DNA from: the human T2T-CHM13v2.0 reference genome, Homo sapiens
DNA length: 64,000 nt
Reading direction: 5' to 3' (one strand)
Assembly: GCF_009914755.1 (NCBI RefSeq)
Contig: NC_060925.1
Shown: positions 13,227-28,146 of the stretch, in pieces
Layout of the letters: every line of letters starts with the position of its first letter
Numbering within the stretch: the stretch's first letter is position 1
The notes under the pieces: generated by a model
The model's input: the letters and a program-made list of their open reading frames with translations, nothing else
Told to the model about the DNA's origin: nothing
The model's database searches: none
Position numbers and translations under genes: made by a program

Positions 13227-14177
13227 ATATATATAGCATTATATATATTTATATAATTTATATATATAATTATATATATAATATATATAATTATATATAA
13301 TGTATAATATATTATATGTACTATATATTTACATATATTATATAAATTTATATATAATATATTTATATAAATATATTATATATATTTTATATATAAATTA
13401 TATATATTATATAAAATAAATTATATATAATATATAATGTATTATATATAATATATATATAATGAATTATATATATTATATATATAAAATGAATCATATA
13501 TAATATATATATAAAATGAATCATATATATTATATATAAAATGAATCATATATACTATATACATAAAATGAATCACATATATTATATACATAAAATGAAT
13601 CACATATATTATATATAAAATGAATTTTATATTATATATAAAATGAATTTTATATATAATATATAAAATGAATTTTATATATAATATATAAAATGAATTA
13701 TATATATAATATATAAAATGAATTATATATATTATATATAAAATGAATTATATATATAATATATAAAATGAATTATATATATTATATATATAAAATGAAT
13801 TATATATATTATATATAAAATGAATTATATATATTATATATAAAAAATGAATTATATATATTATATATAAAAAATGAATTATATATATTATATATAAAAA
13901 TGAATTATATATATTATATATATAAAATGAATTATATATATTATATATATAAAATGAATTATATATATTATATATAAAATGAATTATATATATTATATAT
14001 AAAATGAATTATATATATTATATATAAAATGAATTATATATATTATATATAAAATGAATTATATATATTATATATAAAATGAGTTTTATATATTATATAT
14101 AAAATGAATTATATATATTATATATAAAATGAATTATATATTATATGTAAAATGAATTATATATATTATATATATAA
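13227..14177. repeat. AT-rich VNTR: (TA)n-derived region grading into a ~25 bp unit TATATAAAATGAATTATATATATTA
   Basis: Roughly 28 copies of the AAAATGAAT core between ~13460 and 14170; interrupts the L1MD element. Confidence 0.95.
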
Positions 14178-15168
14178 TGAGAGAAATTATTAGTCATTAG
14201 AGAAATGCAAATTAAACCACAAAGATATACCGTTATATACCTTTTGGAACGACTAAAATTTAAAGGACAGATCATAAACAGTGTTAATAAGGACTTGGAG
14301 AAACAAATTCTATACACGGCTGGTAGGAATTTTACATAATATCACTACTTTGAAAAACAGTTTGTCCATTTCTAAAAAGAAAAAAATTAAACATACGACG
14401 ACCATATGGACCAGCTATTCCACTCCTAGGCAGTTAGCCAAGAAGAAGGAAAGCCTATATCCTTCTAGAAAGTTGTACTTGAATAAACACCCGAATACCC
14501 ATCAATCGATGAATGGACAAACAAATCATGGAGTATATATCCATACAATGGAATATTACTCTATAATTAGGCTGAATGAAAGGAACCTTACTAAAAAAAT
14601 ACATACTATATGATTCCATTTCTTTAAAACTATGGAAAATGTAAACTAATCTATAGTGATAGATCAGTGGTTGTCTGAGGGAGGATGGGAGGGTGGCAGG
14701 TGGAAGGGATTACAAAGGGCATAAGAAAACTCTTACAGATGAAGAACATGTTCATTATGTTATTGCGGTAATAGTTCCACAGGTTTCTACATATGTCAAA
14801 ACTTATTAAATATGTTCAGTTGATTTTATCCCAATTATAAATCTTTTTTTATTAAGAGAGAATAAATCAACCCTACAGGGGTACAGTTCTACCTGTTAAA
14901 AATAGTTTTCTGTCCTTGGATGCTGTGAATCAGACATATCCATTTGGCTCTATCACTGTTGGCTTCCTAAAACCATGGTGCCCCTATCCACATGGTGAAA
15001 GGATAGAGACAGAACAACCCTGCTCCATATGGATATTGTACAATTCTGAGTGGAATTGTAGAACTCCACTTTGTGGAATTTGTAAGCAAAAAACATATAG
15101 CACATTAGGAGTCATTAAATTCCACAGGTCTTTATTTTTCTTTTTTTTTTTTGACTGAAAGTATTTTT

Positions 15169-15354
15169 ATTTATTTTTTTCTTTTTATTATTATTATTAT
15201 TTTTATTATACTTTAAGTTTTAGGGTACATGTGCACAACGTGCAGGTTAGTTACATATGTATACATGTGCCATGTTGGTGTGCTGCACCCATTAACTCGT
15301 CATTTAACATTAGGTATATCTCCTAATGCTATACCTACCCCCTCCCCCCACCCC
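15169..15354 (-). mobile_element. Very short L1PA3/PA4 3' end
   Basis: tatactttaagttttagggtacatgtgcacaacgtgcagg...cctaatgctat; truncated in the G-rich tract; T-rich tail. Confidence 0.93.
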
Positions 15355-16672
15355 TATTTTTCAAAAGAAAATGTTTAGGACATAAGAGTAGCTGTTGCTT
15401 TATTTTAGTAGATTTTTAAATAAATACATGGCAGTAGCTCAGGGTAACACCTGCCAGTGTAGCAAAGACCAACAGCTTAATTTGAGTCACCAGAGTAGCA
15501 CAAGCAATTTCAGTACTTTATCCTCAATGCAGCAGTCATTTATTGCCCTTTGCAGGGCAATAAATTGATTTTTCTACCTTTAAAAGATGTTTTACTTAAA
15601 TTGTGCAAACGTGATTTACAACGATTAGCGACAGTGTAGTTCTTAGACATTGGAGCCAGCGCAATATGGGCAACACACAAACTACAATTTCTAACCCCAC
15701 AGAAGAAAATTATTCCAAAATTTTATACCAACTTTTATATTTTTTGGTTTTCCTTCTAGTATATAATACAAAAGTATTTTTAATATAAAATATTTACAAT
15801 TTTTCTAATATATGTGAAATGTATTTGAAAAAATAAATGTTGATATTTAATCCTGTTATTGTGGGTATCAATTTTAGCACATTTATTTTTTTCATCCTAT
15901 TATTGCAACCCTAGAATGCTAACTGGCAAAGAGATACACTCCAACTCTTACGCTCTGGCATTGCAAAAGGCATTACCCAGAGTATCTTGCTGAATTATGG
16001 CACCTGTAATGTCAGCAGAAGATATCTAAAGACTCTATAATTTGGGACTTATTTTTAAAGATACCTCATAGATTGCTTTCTGCTTGTTAATGACATGCTG
16101 AGGACTATGACATGACATGATCATCACCATACAAACATGAAATTGCCTACTGCTGCTTGAAACTGCACAATAAAATTTTTTTCCTTGGATTAAACATTGA
16201 GCTCTCCGTAGGGTAAAATACTTTTATACTTCATTTTAATCATTAAGGTTTTTAAGTTTATTTTAAAGTTTATCCTTATGGGATTTTTAGTTTATTTTTA
16301 TTTGGTTTACTATTTATTTTAGTTAATTTAGTTTTGTTTTATAGTTATAGAAAAATTGGAAGATAGAGTGCCCATATACCCACAAAGCAAGTTTCCCCCA
16401 TTGTTAAATTAGCACCTTACATTAGTGAACAGATTGTACATTTGTTACAATTAATGAACCAATACTGATACATTACTATTAACTGAAGTCCATACTTTAT
16501 TCATATAGCCTTAGATTTTACCAAATGTCCCGGTTCTGTTTCAGGATCCCATCCAGGATGCTACTTTGCATTCAACCATCTACCTCTTTAGGCTTCTGTT
16601 AGCTGTGACAGTTTCTTAGATTTACCTTGTTTTTTGGTATTTTACACATGTTATTCCTTTGGACTTCTTTGA

Positions 16673-17093
<421 letters not shown>

Positions 17094-18198
17094 GATTTAC
17101 CACTCTTGATGTTCACCACCTGGCTGAGGTAGTACTTGACAGTTTTTTCCGTTTTAAAGTTTAATCTTTTTTCCTCCTTTTCATAATGGAATGAAGAAAA
17201 TTCAGTCACTGTGCACCTAATGAGTGGGGAGTTATGCTCCACCTCCTTGAGAGACAGTAGCTACATAAATAATTTGGAATTCTTCGAAGTCAGAGATTTT
17301 CTTCTATCCACTAATTTATTTATTTATTCATATCTGTGTGGGTCCATGAATATTTATTTTATAGTCTAGGTTATAAACCAATACGACTTTATTTTGTTGC
17401 TCAAATTGTTCCAGCTTTGGTCATTGAGAGCTCTTTCAGTTGGTCCTGTCTCACTTTAATATACTCCCATAATTATGGGTTTGTGGGGCTTTAAAAAAAA
17501 TTCCTTATTTTCTAGCACTATAAGATGCTCCAGGATTATCTTATATATTTTTTGTTGTAGTCTGGAATCATTTCTTCATAATGACATTTTCTCCTTTTAT
17601 TGGAGAATGTTAGAAACCAAGATCAAGAGCTTGATGTGCTTGTTGATACTGGAGTGTCATTGATTCTTGGCCCTGTCAACTGACCAGATCAAGGAACTAC
17701 ATGTGTATAAGCTAAGGTATGTATATGCACATATATAGATTTATATATATTGTGTATGTAACTATCTGTATCCGTATTAAGCTACACGTGAGTTCATTCT
17801 GATGTTCTCCACTCTGGCAACACACATCACTGCGGCCTCTCACCCTTGCTTATCTTTAGACTCCCATTGGGTGTCAAGTAACCTGGCTCACATCATACAC
17901 CATCCACTTGGTTAGTTGCTTACTTTCAGTATATGTGAACAGTGGCATCAGAATTATTAACCTGTACCTTAGTTTCTTGTGCCTTCGGCCTTACTGACTT
18001 TTCTCATTTCCAACGCTACTTAGGTAGGCACCGTTTCCTCCACCCCCTTCAGTAAGGTTGTTTCATATGTTTAGAATACAATTAGGTGGTTATCACATTC
18101 TGCATTCTATCTTGGGTTCCCCAAACCTCCTAAATTCATTTTCATATTTGCATACATCAGGGTTCACTCTTTGTGCTGTAAAGTACTTTGGATTTTGA

Positions 18199-18435
18199 CA
18201 AATGCATTGTGTGACAGTATCCACCATTACAGTGTAGTATTCTACACCAGATATAATACTGTATAGTATAATATTGTATAATTTCTGTATTGTATAATAT
18301 TCTGACCAGATATAATACTGCATAGTATAATATTGTACAGTATAATTATAATATAGTATAATACTGCATAGAATACTGGATAACACAGTATAGAATACTA
18401 TGCTGTAATGGTGGATACATCACACTAAGCATTTG
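18199..18435. repeat. Complex inverted plus direct duplication inside L1MC
   Basis: IR 18217-18244 / 18391-18418 (2 mismatches); DR 18246-18278 / 18305-18337 (1 mismatch). Confidence 0.85.
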
Positions 18436-18638
18436 CACCACTGTAAAATCCTGTGTGCTTTAATTATTCATCCTTCCCTTCTCTCCTACCAAATAATCAC
18501 TTGCAACCATTAATTTTTTTTGCTGTCTCTATAGTTTTGCTCTTTTCAGAATGTGACTTAATTGGAGTCATACAATAAGTTGCCTTTTCATACTGGCTTC
18601 TTTCACTTACAGTATGCATTTAAGATTCATATATGTCA

Positions 18639-18971
18639 AAAAAGAACGAGATCATGTCCTTTGCAGGGACATGGTTGGAGCTGGAGGCTATTATCCTTAG
18701 CAAGCTAACACAGGAACAAAAAACCAGATACCACATGTTCTCACTTATAAGTGAGAGATAAATGATGAGGACACATGAACACATAGAGAGGAACAACACA
18801 CACTGGGGCCTATGGGAGGGTAGAGGTTGGGAAGGAGAAGATCAGGAAAAATAACTAACGGGTATGAGGTTTAGTACCTCGGTGATGAAATAATCTATAT
18901 GACAAACCGCTGTCACATAAATTTACCTATGTAACAAACCTGCACATGTACATAAACTTAAAAGTTAAAAA
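18639..18971 (+). mobile_element. L1PA11-13-type 3' end
   Basis: gatcaggaaaaataactaa...gtgatgaaataatct; TSD ATT(C/T)ATATATGTCA (18625-18638 / 18972-18985). Confidence 0.9.
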
Positions 18972-20731
18972 ATTTATATATGTCATTTGTGACTTGATAG
19001 CTCACTTCTTTTTAGTTATAAGTAATATTTTATTGTATTCATGAATCACAGTTTGTTTATCCATTCACTTATTGAAAGATATCTTGGTTGCTTTCAGTTT
19101 GGGGAGATTGTAAATAAAGTTTTTATAAACTTTTATGTAGACATAATTGTTTTAATTAATTAAGTAAATACCTTGGAGTGTGATTGCTGGATTATGTGGT
19201 TAGAATGTGTTGTTTTTTAAAAAACAGCCAAATTGTCTTTGAAGTGGCTGTATCATTTTCCATTCCTACCAACAATGAATGAAAGTTACTGTTGTGCTTC
19301 ATTCTTACCATTAACTAGCATTGCTATTTTCATTTCTAGTTTAATTCCATTGTGGTCTGAGAAAGTAAGTTGTATGATTTCAATTCTTTTAAATTTGGGA
19401 AAGTGTGTTTTAGGATACAGAATGTTGTCTATCTTAGTGAATGTTTCATATGAGCTTGAGAAAAATGTATAATCTATTGTTGTTGGAAAGAGTTGTCTAT
19501 AAATACCAATCAGATCAAATTGATCAATAGTACTCTTCAGGTCAAAGCCACCCTTACTGATTTTCTGCATGCTTGACCTATCAATTACTTATAGAGTAGT
19601 GTTAAGGTCTCCAGCAATAACAATTAATTTGGCTATTTCTCCTATCAGTGTGATTAATTTTTGTCTCACATATTTTAACATTCTATTGTTACGTGTTTAC
19701 CTATTTAGGATTGTTTTGTCTCTCAGAGAATTGATCACTTTATCATTATGTAATACCACACTTTATTCCTAATAATTACCTTTGTTTTGAAGTCTGCTTG
19801 TCTGAAATTAATATACATACTCCAATTTTTATTTGATTATTGTTACCATGGTTTATCTTTCTCCATCCCTTTACATTGAAGCTGTGTCTTGATAATTAAA
19901 GTGGATTTCTTGTAGACAACATATAGTTACAGATAAAATATAGTTGGATTATTTTTTCATCCACTCAGACAATCTGCATCTTTAATTAATGCATTTTGAC
20001 CACTTACATTTAAAGTGATGATTGGTAGAGTTGGATTAATGTTTAACTTATTTGTAATTGTTTTCTAATGGTTGCATTTATTCTTTGTTTCTGTTTATCA
20101 TCTTTTAATGCCTTTACTGGTTTTAATTAACAATTTTATATAATTCTATTTTATCTTCTCTCTTAGCACATCAGTTATCACTTTAAAAACATAGTAATTG
20201 CCCTGGAGTTTGCAATGTGCATTTTTTCCAGCTGCATTGATGTATATTGACAAATAAAAATTTTATGTACTAATGACATACAACAAAATGTTCAGATATA
20301 TGTATAACATTATGAGATGATTACCACAATCAAGCTAATTAACATATCCATCACTTCACATAATTATCTTTTTTATTTTGTGGTGAGAATATTTCTACTT
20401 TCTTAGCAAATTTTAAGTGTAGAGTACAGTATCATTATAGTCACCATGATGTACAATCATTCTCAAGAACTTATTCATCCTATCTATCTGAAACCTTGTA
20501 CCTTTTGACCAGCATCCCCCATTTTCCCTACTCCCCAGCCCCTGGCAACTATCATTCTACACTCTGCTTCTTTCAGTTCAACTGTTTTAGGTTTCAGGTT
20601 TAAGTGAGATCATGCAGTATTTGCCTTTATATACCTGGCTTATTTAACTTACCATAATATACTCCGGGTTCATCCAGGTTGTTGCAGTTACAAGATATAC
20701 TTCTTGTGTGAATATTTTTTCATGTGGTAGA

Positions 20732-20838
20732 ATATATATGTGTGTGTGTACATATGTATATATGTGTGTATATACATGCATATGTATATATGTATATACA
20801 TGCATATGTATATATGTATATATTTATATACATATATG
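20732..20838. repeat. (TA/TG/CA)n microsatellite
   Basis: atatatatgtgtgtgtgtacatatgtata... alternating purine-pyrimidine tract. Confidence 0.9.
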
Positions 20839-21242
20839 CCATTTTCTTCATTCATTCACCCATCTATGGACACTTAAGTTGATTCCATATCTTGACTACT
20901 GTGAATAATGATGCAGTGAACACAGTAGTGGAGACGTCTCTTCAACATACTGATTTTATTTCCTTTGGATATATACTCAAAAGTGAGATTGCTGAATTAT
21001 ATGATAGTTTTGTTGTGTATAATTTTTTGAGGCACCTCCATGCTGTTTTTGATAATGGCTGTACTAATTTACCTTCCCACTAATAGTGTGCAAGGGTTTT
21101 CTTTTCTACACATCTTCACCAACACTTATCATCTTTTGTCTTTTGATTAATAGCCATTCTAACCTGTGTGAGGTGGTATCTTATTATGGTTTTAATTTGC
21201 ATTTCCCTGATGATTAGTTATATTGAGCATGTTTTCATATAC

Positions 21243-21600
21243 TGTATTAGTCTGTTCTTGCACTGCTATAAAGAAATACCTGAGACTGGGTAATTTATAA
21301 AGAAAAGAGTTTTGATTGGCTTACAGTTCTGCAGGCTCTGCAGGAAGCAAGGCGGCATCAGCCTCTGGGGAGGCCTCAGAAAAAGCACAAAGAAGGGAGG
21401 TGCTACACACTTTTAAACAACCAGATCTCACAGTAATTCACTCACTGTCACGAGAACAGCACCAAGAGAATGGTGCTAAAACATTCATGAAAAACCACCC
21501 CCACAATACAATCCTCCCACCAGGCCCCACCTCCAACACTGGGGATTACAATTGAACATGAGATGAGCTTTGGGTGAGGACACGAATCCAAATCATATCA
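21243..21600 (-). mobile_element. MSTA MaLR solo LTR
   Basis: tgtattagtctgttcttgcactgctataaagaaatacc...aatcatatca; TSD TATAC / TACAC. Confidence 0.92.
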
Positions 21601-22663
21601 TACACCTATTGGCCATTGGTATGTATTCTTTTGAGAAATGTCTACTCAGATCCTTCATCCACTTTTTAATCAGGTTATTTGTTTTTTCACTATTGAGTTG
21701 TTTAGTTGCTTATGTATTTTAAATATTATCCCCTTATAAGATGTATGGCTTACAAATATTTTTCCTATTCTGTAGATTTTCTCTTCATTCTGTTGATTAT
21801 TTCCTTTGCTGCACAGAGGTTTTTAGTTTGAAATGATCAGATTTATCTATTTTTGCTTTTAGGATCATATTCAAAACATCACTGCCCAGACCAATGTTAT
21901 GTAGTTTTCCCTCAATTTTTTTCCTAGTAATTATAGAGTTTCAGTTTTTATGTTTAAGATTTTAATCCATTTTGAGTGGATTTTTTGTTTATGGTGTGAG
22001 ATAAGGGTCCAAATTCATTCTTCTGTGGGTAGAAAACAAATTTTCCCATTGTTTATTAAAGAGACCATCTTTTCTCCATTGTATACTCTTGACATCTCTG
22101 TCAAAGATCAATTGGCCATAAATGCATGAATTCATTTCTGAGCTGCTCTATTCTGTTTCATTGTCTATATGCCCATTTTTATGTCAGTACCATGCTGTTT
22201 TGATTACTTTAGTTTTGTAGTATAATTTGAAATTGCAATACAATGTTATACTATACTACAGTACAGAACAAATACTGTAAGTATTATGATACATCTTGCT
22301 TTGTTCCTTTTGCTCAAGATTGCTTTGGCTACTCAGGGTCTTTTGTGGTTCTATATTAATTTTAGCATTGCTTTTTCTATTTTTGTGAAAAAATGACATT
22401 GGAATTTTGGTATGGATTGCATTGAATCTCTATACATTGCTCTGGGTAATATGAACATTTGAACAATATTAATACTTACAATCCATGAACACAGATATCT
22501 TTCCATTTATTTGTGTCTTCTTCAATTTCTCTCATATATGTTTTATAGTTTTCAATGTACACATCTTTTACCTTCTTGGTTAAACTTACTCTGAAATATT
22601 CTTTCTTGCTATTGTAGGTGGAATTTTTTTCTTGGTTTTATTTTCACATAGTTTATTGTTAGT

Positions 22664-24967
22664 TGATATGGTTTGTCTGTGTCCCCAACCAAATCTCATC
22701 TTGAATTATAGCTCCCATAATTCCCTCATGTTGTGGGAGGAACCCAGTGGGTCCCAATTATTTTAAGATAATTGAATCATGTGGCCAATTTCCCCCACAC
22801 TGTTCCTGTGGCAGTGAATAAGTCTCACGAGACCTGATGGTTTTATAAGGGGAAGCCCCTTTCACTTGGCTCTCATTCTATTCTTTTGTCTGCTGCCATG
22901 TGAGACGTGCCTTTAACCTTTTGCCATGATTGTGAGGCCTCCCCAGGTACATGGAACTGTGAGTCCATTAAACCTGTTTCTTTTGTAAATTGCCCAGTCT
23001 CAGGTATGTCTTTATCAGCAGGATGAAAACAGGCTAATACAACCAATACGGTAAATTGATGCCAGTAGAATGGGTTGCTGCTGAAAATATACCTGAAAAT
23101 GTGGAAGCAGCTTTGGAACTTGGTAACAGGCAAAGGCTGGAACAGTTCAGAGGGTTCAGAAGAAGACAGGAAAATGTGGGAAAGTTTGGAACTCCCTAGA
23201 GACTTGTTGAATGGCTTTGACCAAAATGCTGATAATGATATAGACAATGAAATCCAGGCTGAGGTTGTCTCAGATGGAAATGAGGAACTTTTTGGGAACT
23301 AGAGTAAAGGTGATTCTTGTTATGTTTTAGCAAAGAGACTGGCAGCATTTTGCCCCTGCCCTAGAGATTTGTGGAACTTTGAACTTCAGAGAGATGCTTT
23401 AGGGTATCTGGCAGAAGAAATTTCTAAGCAGCAAAGCATTCAAGGTATGACTCAGGTGCTGTTAAATGGTTTCAGTTTTAAAAGGGAAACAAAGCATAAA
23501 AGTTTGGAAATTTTGCAGCCTGACAGTGTGATAGAAAAGAAAATCCCATTTTCTGAGGAGAAATTCAAGCCAGCTGCAGAAATTTGCATAAGTAATGAGG
23601 AACAGAATGTTAATCACCAAGACGGTGAGGAAAATGTCTCCAGGGCATATCAGAGACCTTTGCAACAGCCCCTCCCATCACAGGTCTGGAGGCCTAGGAG
23701 GAACTGGCCAGAACCAGGGTCCCTCTGCTGTGTACAGTCTAGGAACTTGGTCCGCTGCATCCCAGCTGCTCCAGGTGTGAATAAAAAGGGCAAGGTAAAG
23801 CTCGGGCCATGGTGCAAGCCCCAAGTCTTGGCAGCTTCCATGTAGTGTTGAGCCTGCGGGGGCACAGAAGTCAAGAATTGAGGTTTGGGAAACTCCATCT
23901 AGATTTCAGAGGATGTATGGAAATACCTGGATGTCCAGGCAGTAGTTTGCTGCAAGGGTGTGGCTCTCATGGAGAACCTCTGCTAAGGCACTGCTGAAGG
24001 GAAATGTGGGATGGGTGCCCACACACAAAGTCCCCACTGGGGTGCTGCCCAGTGGCACTCTGAGAAGAGGGCCATTGTCCTTCAGACCCCAGAATGGTAG
24101 GTCCACAGACAGCTTGCACTGTGTGCCTGGAAAAGCCACAGACACTCAATGCCAGCCCATGAAAGCAGCCGGGAGGAAGGCTGTACCCCACAAAGCCACA
24201 GGGACAGAGCTGCCCAACACCATGGGAACCCACCTCTTGCATCAGCATGACCCGGATGTGAGAAATGGAGTCAAATTAGATCATTTTGGAGCTTTAAGAT
24301 TTGACTGCCCTGCTAGATTTTGGACTTGCATGGGACATGTAGCCCCTTTGTATTGGCCAGTTTCTTCCATTGGGAAGAGCTGTATTTACCCAATGCCTGT
24401 ATCCCCATTGTATCTAGGAAGTGACTAACTTGCTTTTGATTTTACAGGCTCATAGGTAGAAAGGACTTGCCTTGTCTTATATGATATTTTGGACTGTGGA
24501 CTTTTGAGTTAATGCTGAAATGAGTTAAGACTTTGAGGGACTGTTGGTAAGGCATAATTGGTTTTGAAATGTGAGGACATAAGATTGGGGCATGGCCAGG
24601 AGCAGAATGATATGGTTTGGCTCTGTCCCCATCCAAATCTCATCTCGAATTGTAGTTCCCATAATTCTCTCATGTTGGGAGGGACCCAATGGGAGAACCA
24701 GTCCCATGGTTCTGTTTTCCCCAATATTGTTCTTGTGGTGGTCAATAAGTCTCATGAGAGCTGATGATTTATAAGGGGAAACCCATTTCGTTTGGCTCTC
24801 ATTCTCTTCTCTTGTCTGCTGCCATGTGAGACATGCTTTTCACCTTCCACCATGATTGTGAGACCTCCCCAGCCATGTGGAACTGTGAGTCCGTTAAACC
24901 TCTTTCTTTTATAAATTGTCCATTCTTGGTTATGTCTTTATCAGCAGCATGAAAACAGACTAATATA
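22664..24967 (+). mobile_element. Complete THE1 MaLR element: 5' LTR 22664-23041, internal 23042-24607, 3' LTR 24608-24967
   Basis: Two THE1 LTRs, internal MaLR ORF remnant (MWESLELPRDLLNGFDQNAD), perfect TSD TTAGT (22659-22663 / 24968-24972). Confidence 0.97.
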
Positions 24968-26808
24968 TTAGTGTATAGAAATGCTATTAAATTCTGTGTG
25001 TTGATTTTCTATCCTACAGCTTTACTGAATTCATTTATTAGTTCTAATAGTTTTTCAATGGAGTCTTTAGTTTTCTGTTCTTATTTATTGAAATTTGCTT
25101 TTCCCTATTTCTCTTTCTTTGCTTCTTCTGAAACTCCTATAATGCATATATTGGTTCATTTGCTGGTGTCCCACAAATTCTATAGGCTTTCTTCACTCTT
25201 TCATTCATTTTGTTGTTGTCATTTCTCTGAGTGAGTATTTTCAAATGACCTGTCCTCAGGCTCACTGATTCTTTCCACTGCTTGTTTGAGTCTGCTGTTG
25301 AAGCTATCTGTTGAATTCAGTTCAATCATTGTGTTCTTTGCCTCCAGAATTTCTGCTTGGTACTTAGGAAGTTTATCTCTTTGTCGAATTTCTCATTTTG
25401 TTCACATATTATTTTCCTGATTTCATTTGATATCTATCTGTATTCATTTGTAGTTCACTAAACTTCTTTAAAATAATTATTTTGAGTTCTATATCAAGCA
25501 TTTTGTAGATCTTTATTTCTTTACAACCAGTTATCAGTAGGTACTGTGTTCCTTTGGTAGTGTTATGTTTCCCTGGTTATTAATGATGTTTGTGTCCTTG
25601 CATTGACGTCTGCGCATTTGAAGAAATGAACAACTTTGCAAGTCTTTACAGACTACTTTTGGCAGGAAAAGCCCTTCAACCAATCAGACAATCTATAGGT
25701 TCTGGGCAGGCTGCCTGGCAGGTTCCTTGGGCTGGCTTGCTGCTGGAATCTTTGGATGAGCTGACTTGGTGCTTGGGTCAGTTGGAAGGTGGGCCTGTAC
25801 CTAGTTCCACAAGGGTGGCCCTAGGACTAGGGTCTGGATCCTGAGGCCATGGTAGCCAAGTAGGCCTGGATCCTGAGGCCATGGTAGCTTGCTTTGTACC
25901 AGGTCCACTTGTCGAGCCAGTCACCTCAATCCCCACAGACAGGCCTGAAGTCTGGATCCACAGGGTAGTAGGAAGAGGCCTGACACTATGTATGCAAGGA
26001 TCATCCTGAAGTCTGTGTCCGCAAGAGTTAACCTGGCACTAGGATGTTTGTTGAACCTGAAGCTGCAAACGGCAGGCTGGAGCTTGAGAACACAGAGTTT
26101 TATAGATCCTTGATTTATAAGGCTATCCTGAAACCTGGGACTATGAGGGCTAACCTGGAACTAGGGCAGGCCTGGAGTCTGAGTCTCCAGGGGCAGACCT
26201 GAGTCCAGGGCTGTGAGGGTCAAGCTGGAAACTGGGGACTTGGGGGCTGGTCTGGAACCTGGGCTGGTCTGGCCTGATGCTAAGGCAGGTCTAAAGCCTA
26301 GAATCACAGAGTCAGGCCTGAGCCTGAGAACATAGGAGTTGGCCTGGTGATGGAGCAGGCTTGGAGTCTGGGACATCAGGAGTGGGCCTACAGCTTGCAA
26401 CTATAGGACTGGCTGGGTGCTAAAGGGGAAAACTTCACACTGGGATTAACTGGAGTCGGCCTAGTCCTGAGATCCACAGTGAATCAGGTGCTCATTTTAG
26501 TCTCCTCCCCACAACCTAAAGGTTATCTCTCCCCGTGCTGTGCTGACTGGGCTTAGAAGAGGGGTGATGTGGGTCTTGTGAAACTGTCCTCCCTATCCTC
26601 TTCCATGTGACTTTTTCTATTTCTGTGCTATACCCAGGTGCTCTAATCTTTCACCTGGATTCCTTAGTCCTTGTGAAATATTTTTGTGCATGGATATTTG
26701 TTCAAATTGATGCTCCTGCAAGGGAAAGAGAGGTGGAAAGTTCTATTCTGCTATCTTCTTGATTTCAGTCTGTGGAATATATGTTTTTACTAATCTAAGT
26801 CTACTTTT

Positions 26809-28136
<1,328 letters not shown>

Positions 28137-28146
28137 GTCTACTTTT

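Larger units (their letters stand above)
8160..14845 (+). mobile_element. Old L1 (L1MD-like, L1MDa-type 5' end), internally deleted; host of several younger insertions
   Basis: L1MDa-like 5' UTR 8160-8750, degenerate ORF1/ORF2 pieces, L1M 3' end 14560-14845. The sequence resumes in register after each insertion. Confidence 0.8.
20222..26760 (-). mobile_element. L1MA8/9-like element (3' end to L1M2-type repetitive 5' UTR, internally deleted) inserted in the L1MC
   Basis: 3' end accacaatcaagctaattaacatatccatcac; ORF2 remnants to ~25070; ORF1 region; GC-richer repetitive 5' UTR 25700-26760. Confidence 0.8.

Noticed and set aside
13460-14170. Regularly spaced repeat that could be mistaken for a CRISPR array
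   Set aside because: Spacers are non-unique TA runs, the context is primate and there are no cas genes; it is a VNTR
23075-24428. ORFs of 75-158 aa
   Set aside because: Fragmented THE1 internal (MaLR) ORF remnants
25700-26470. GC-richer region with repeated motifs (e.g. CTGGATCCTGAGGCCATGGTAGC twice)
   Set aside because: Consistent with the tandemly repetitive 5' UTR of an L1M2/L1MA element; CpG-poor, not a CpG island
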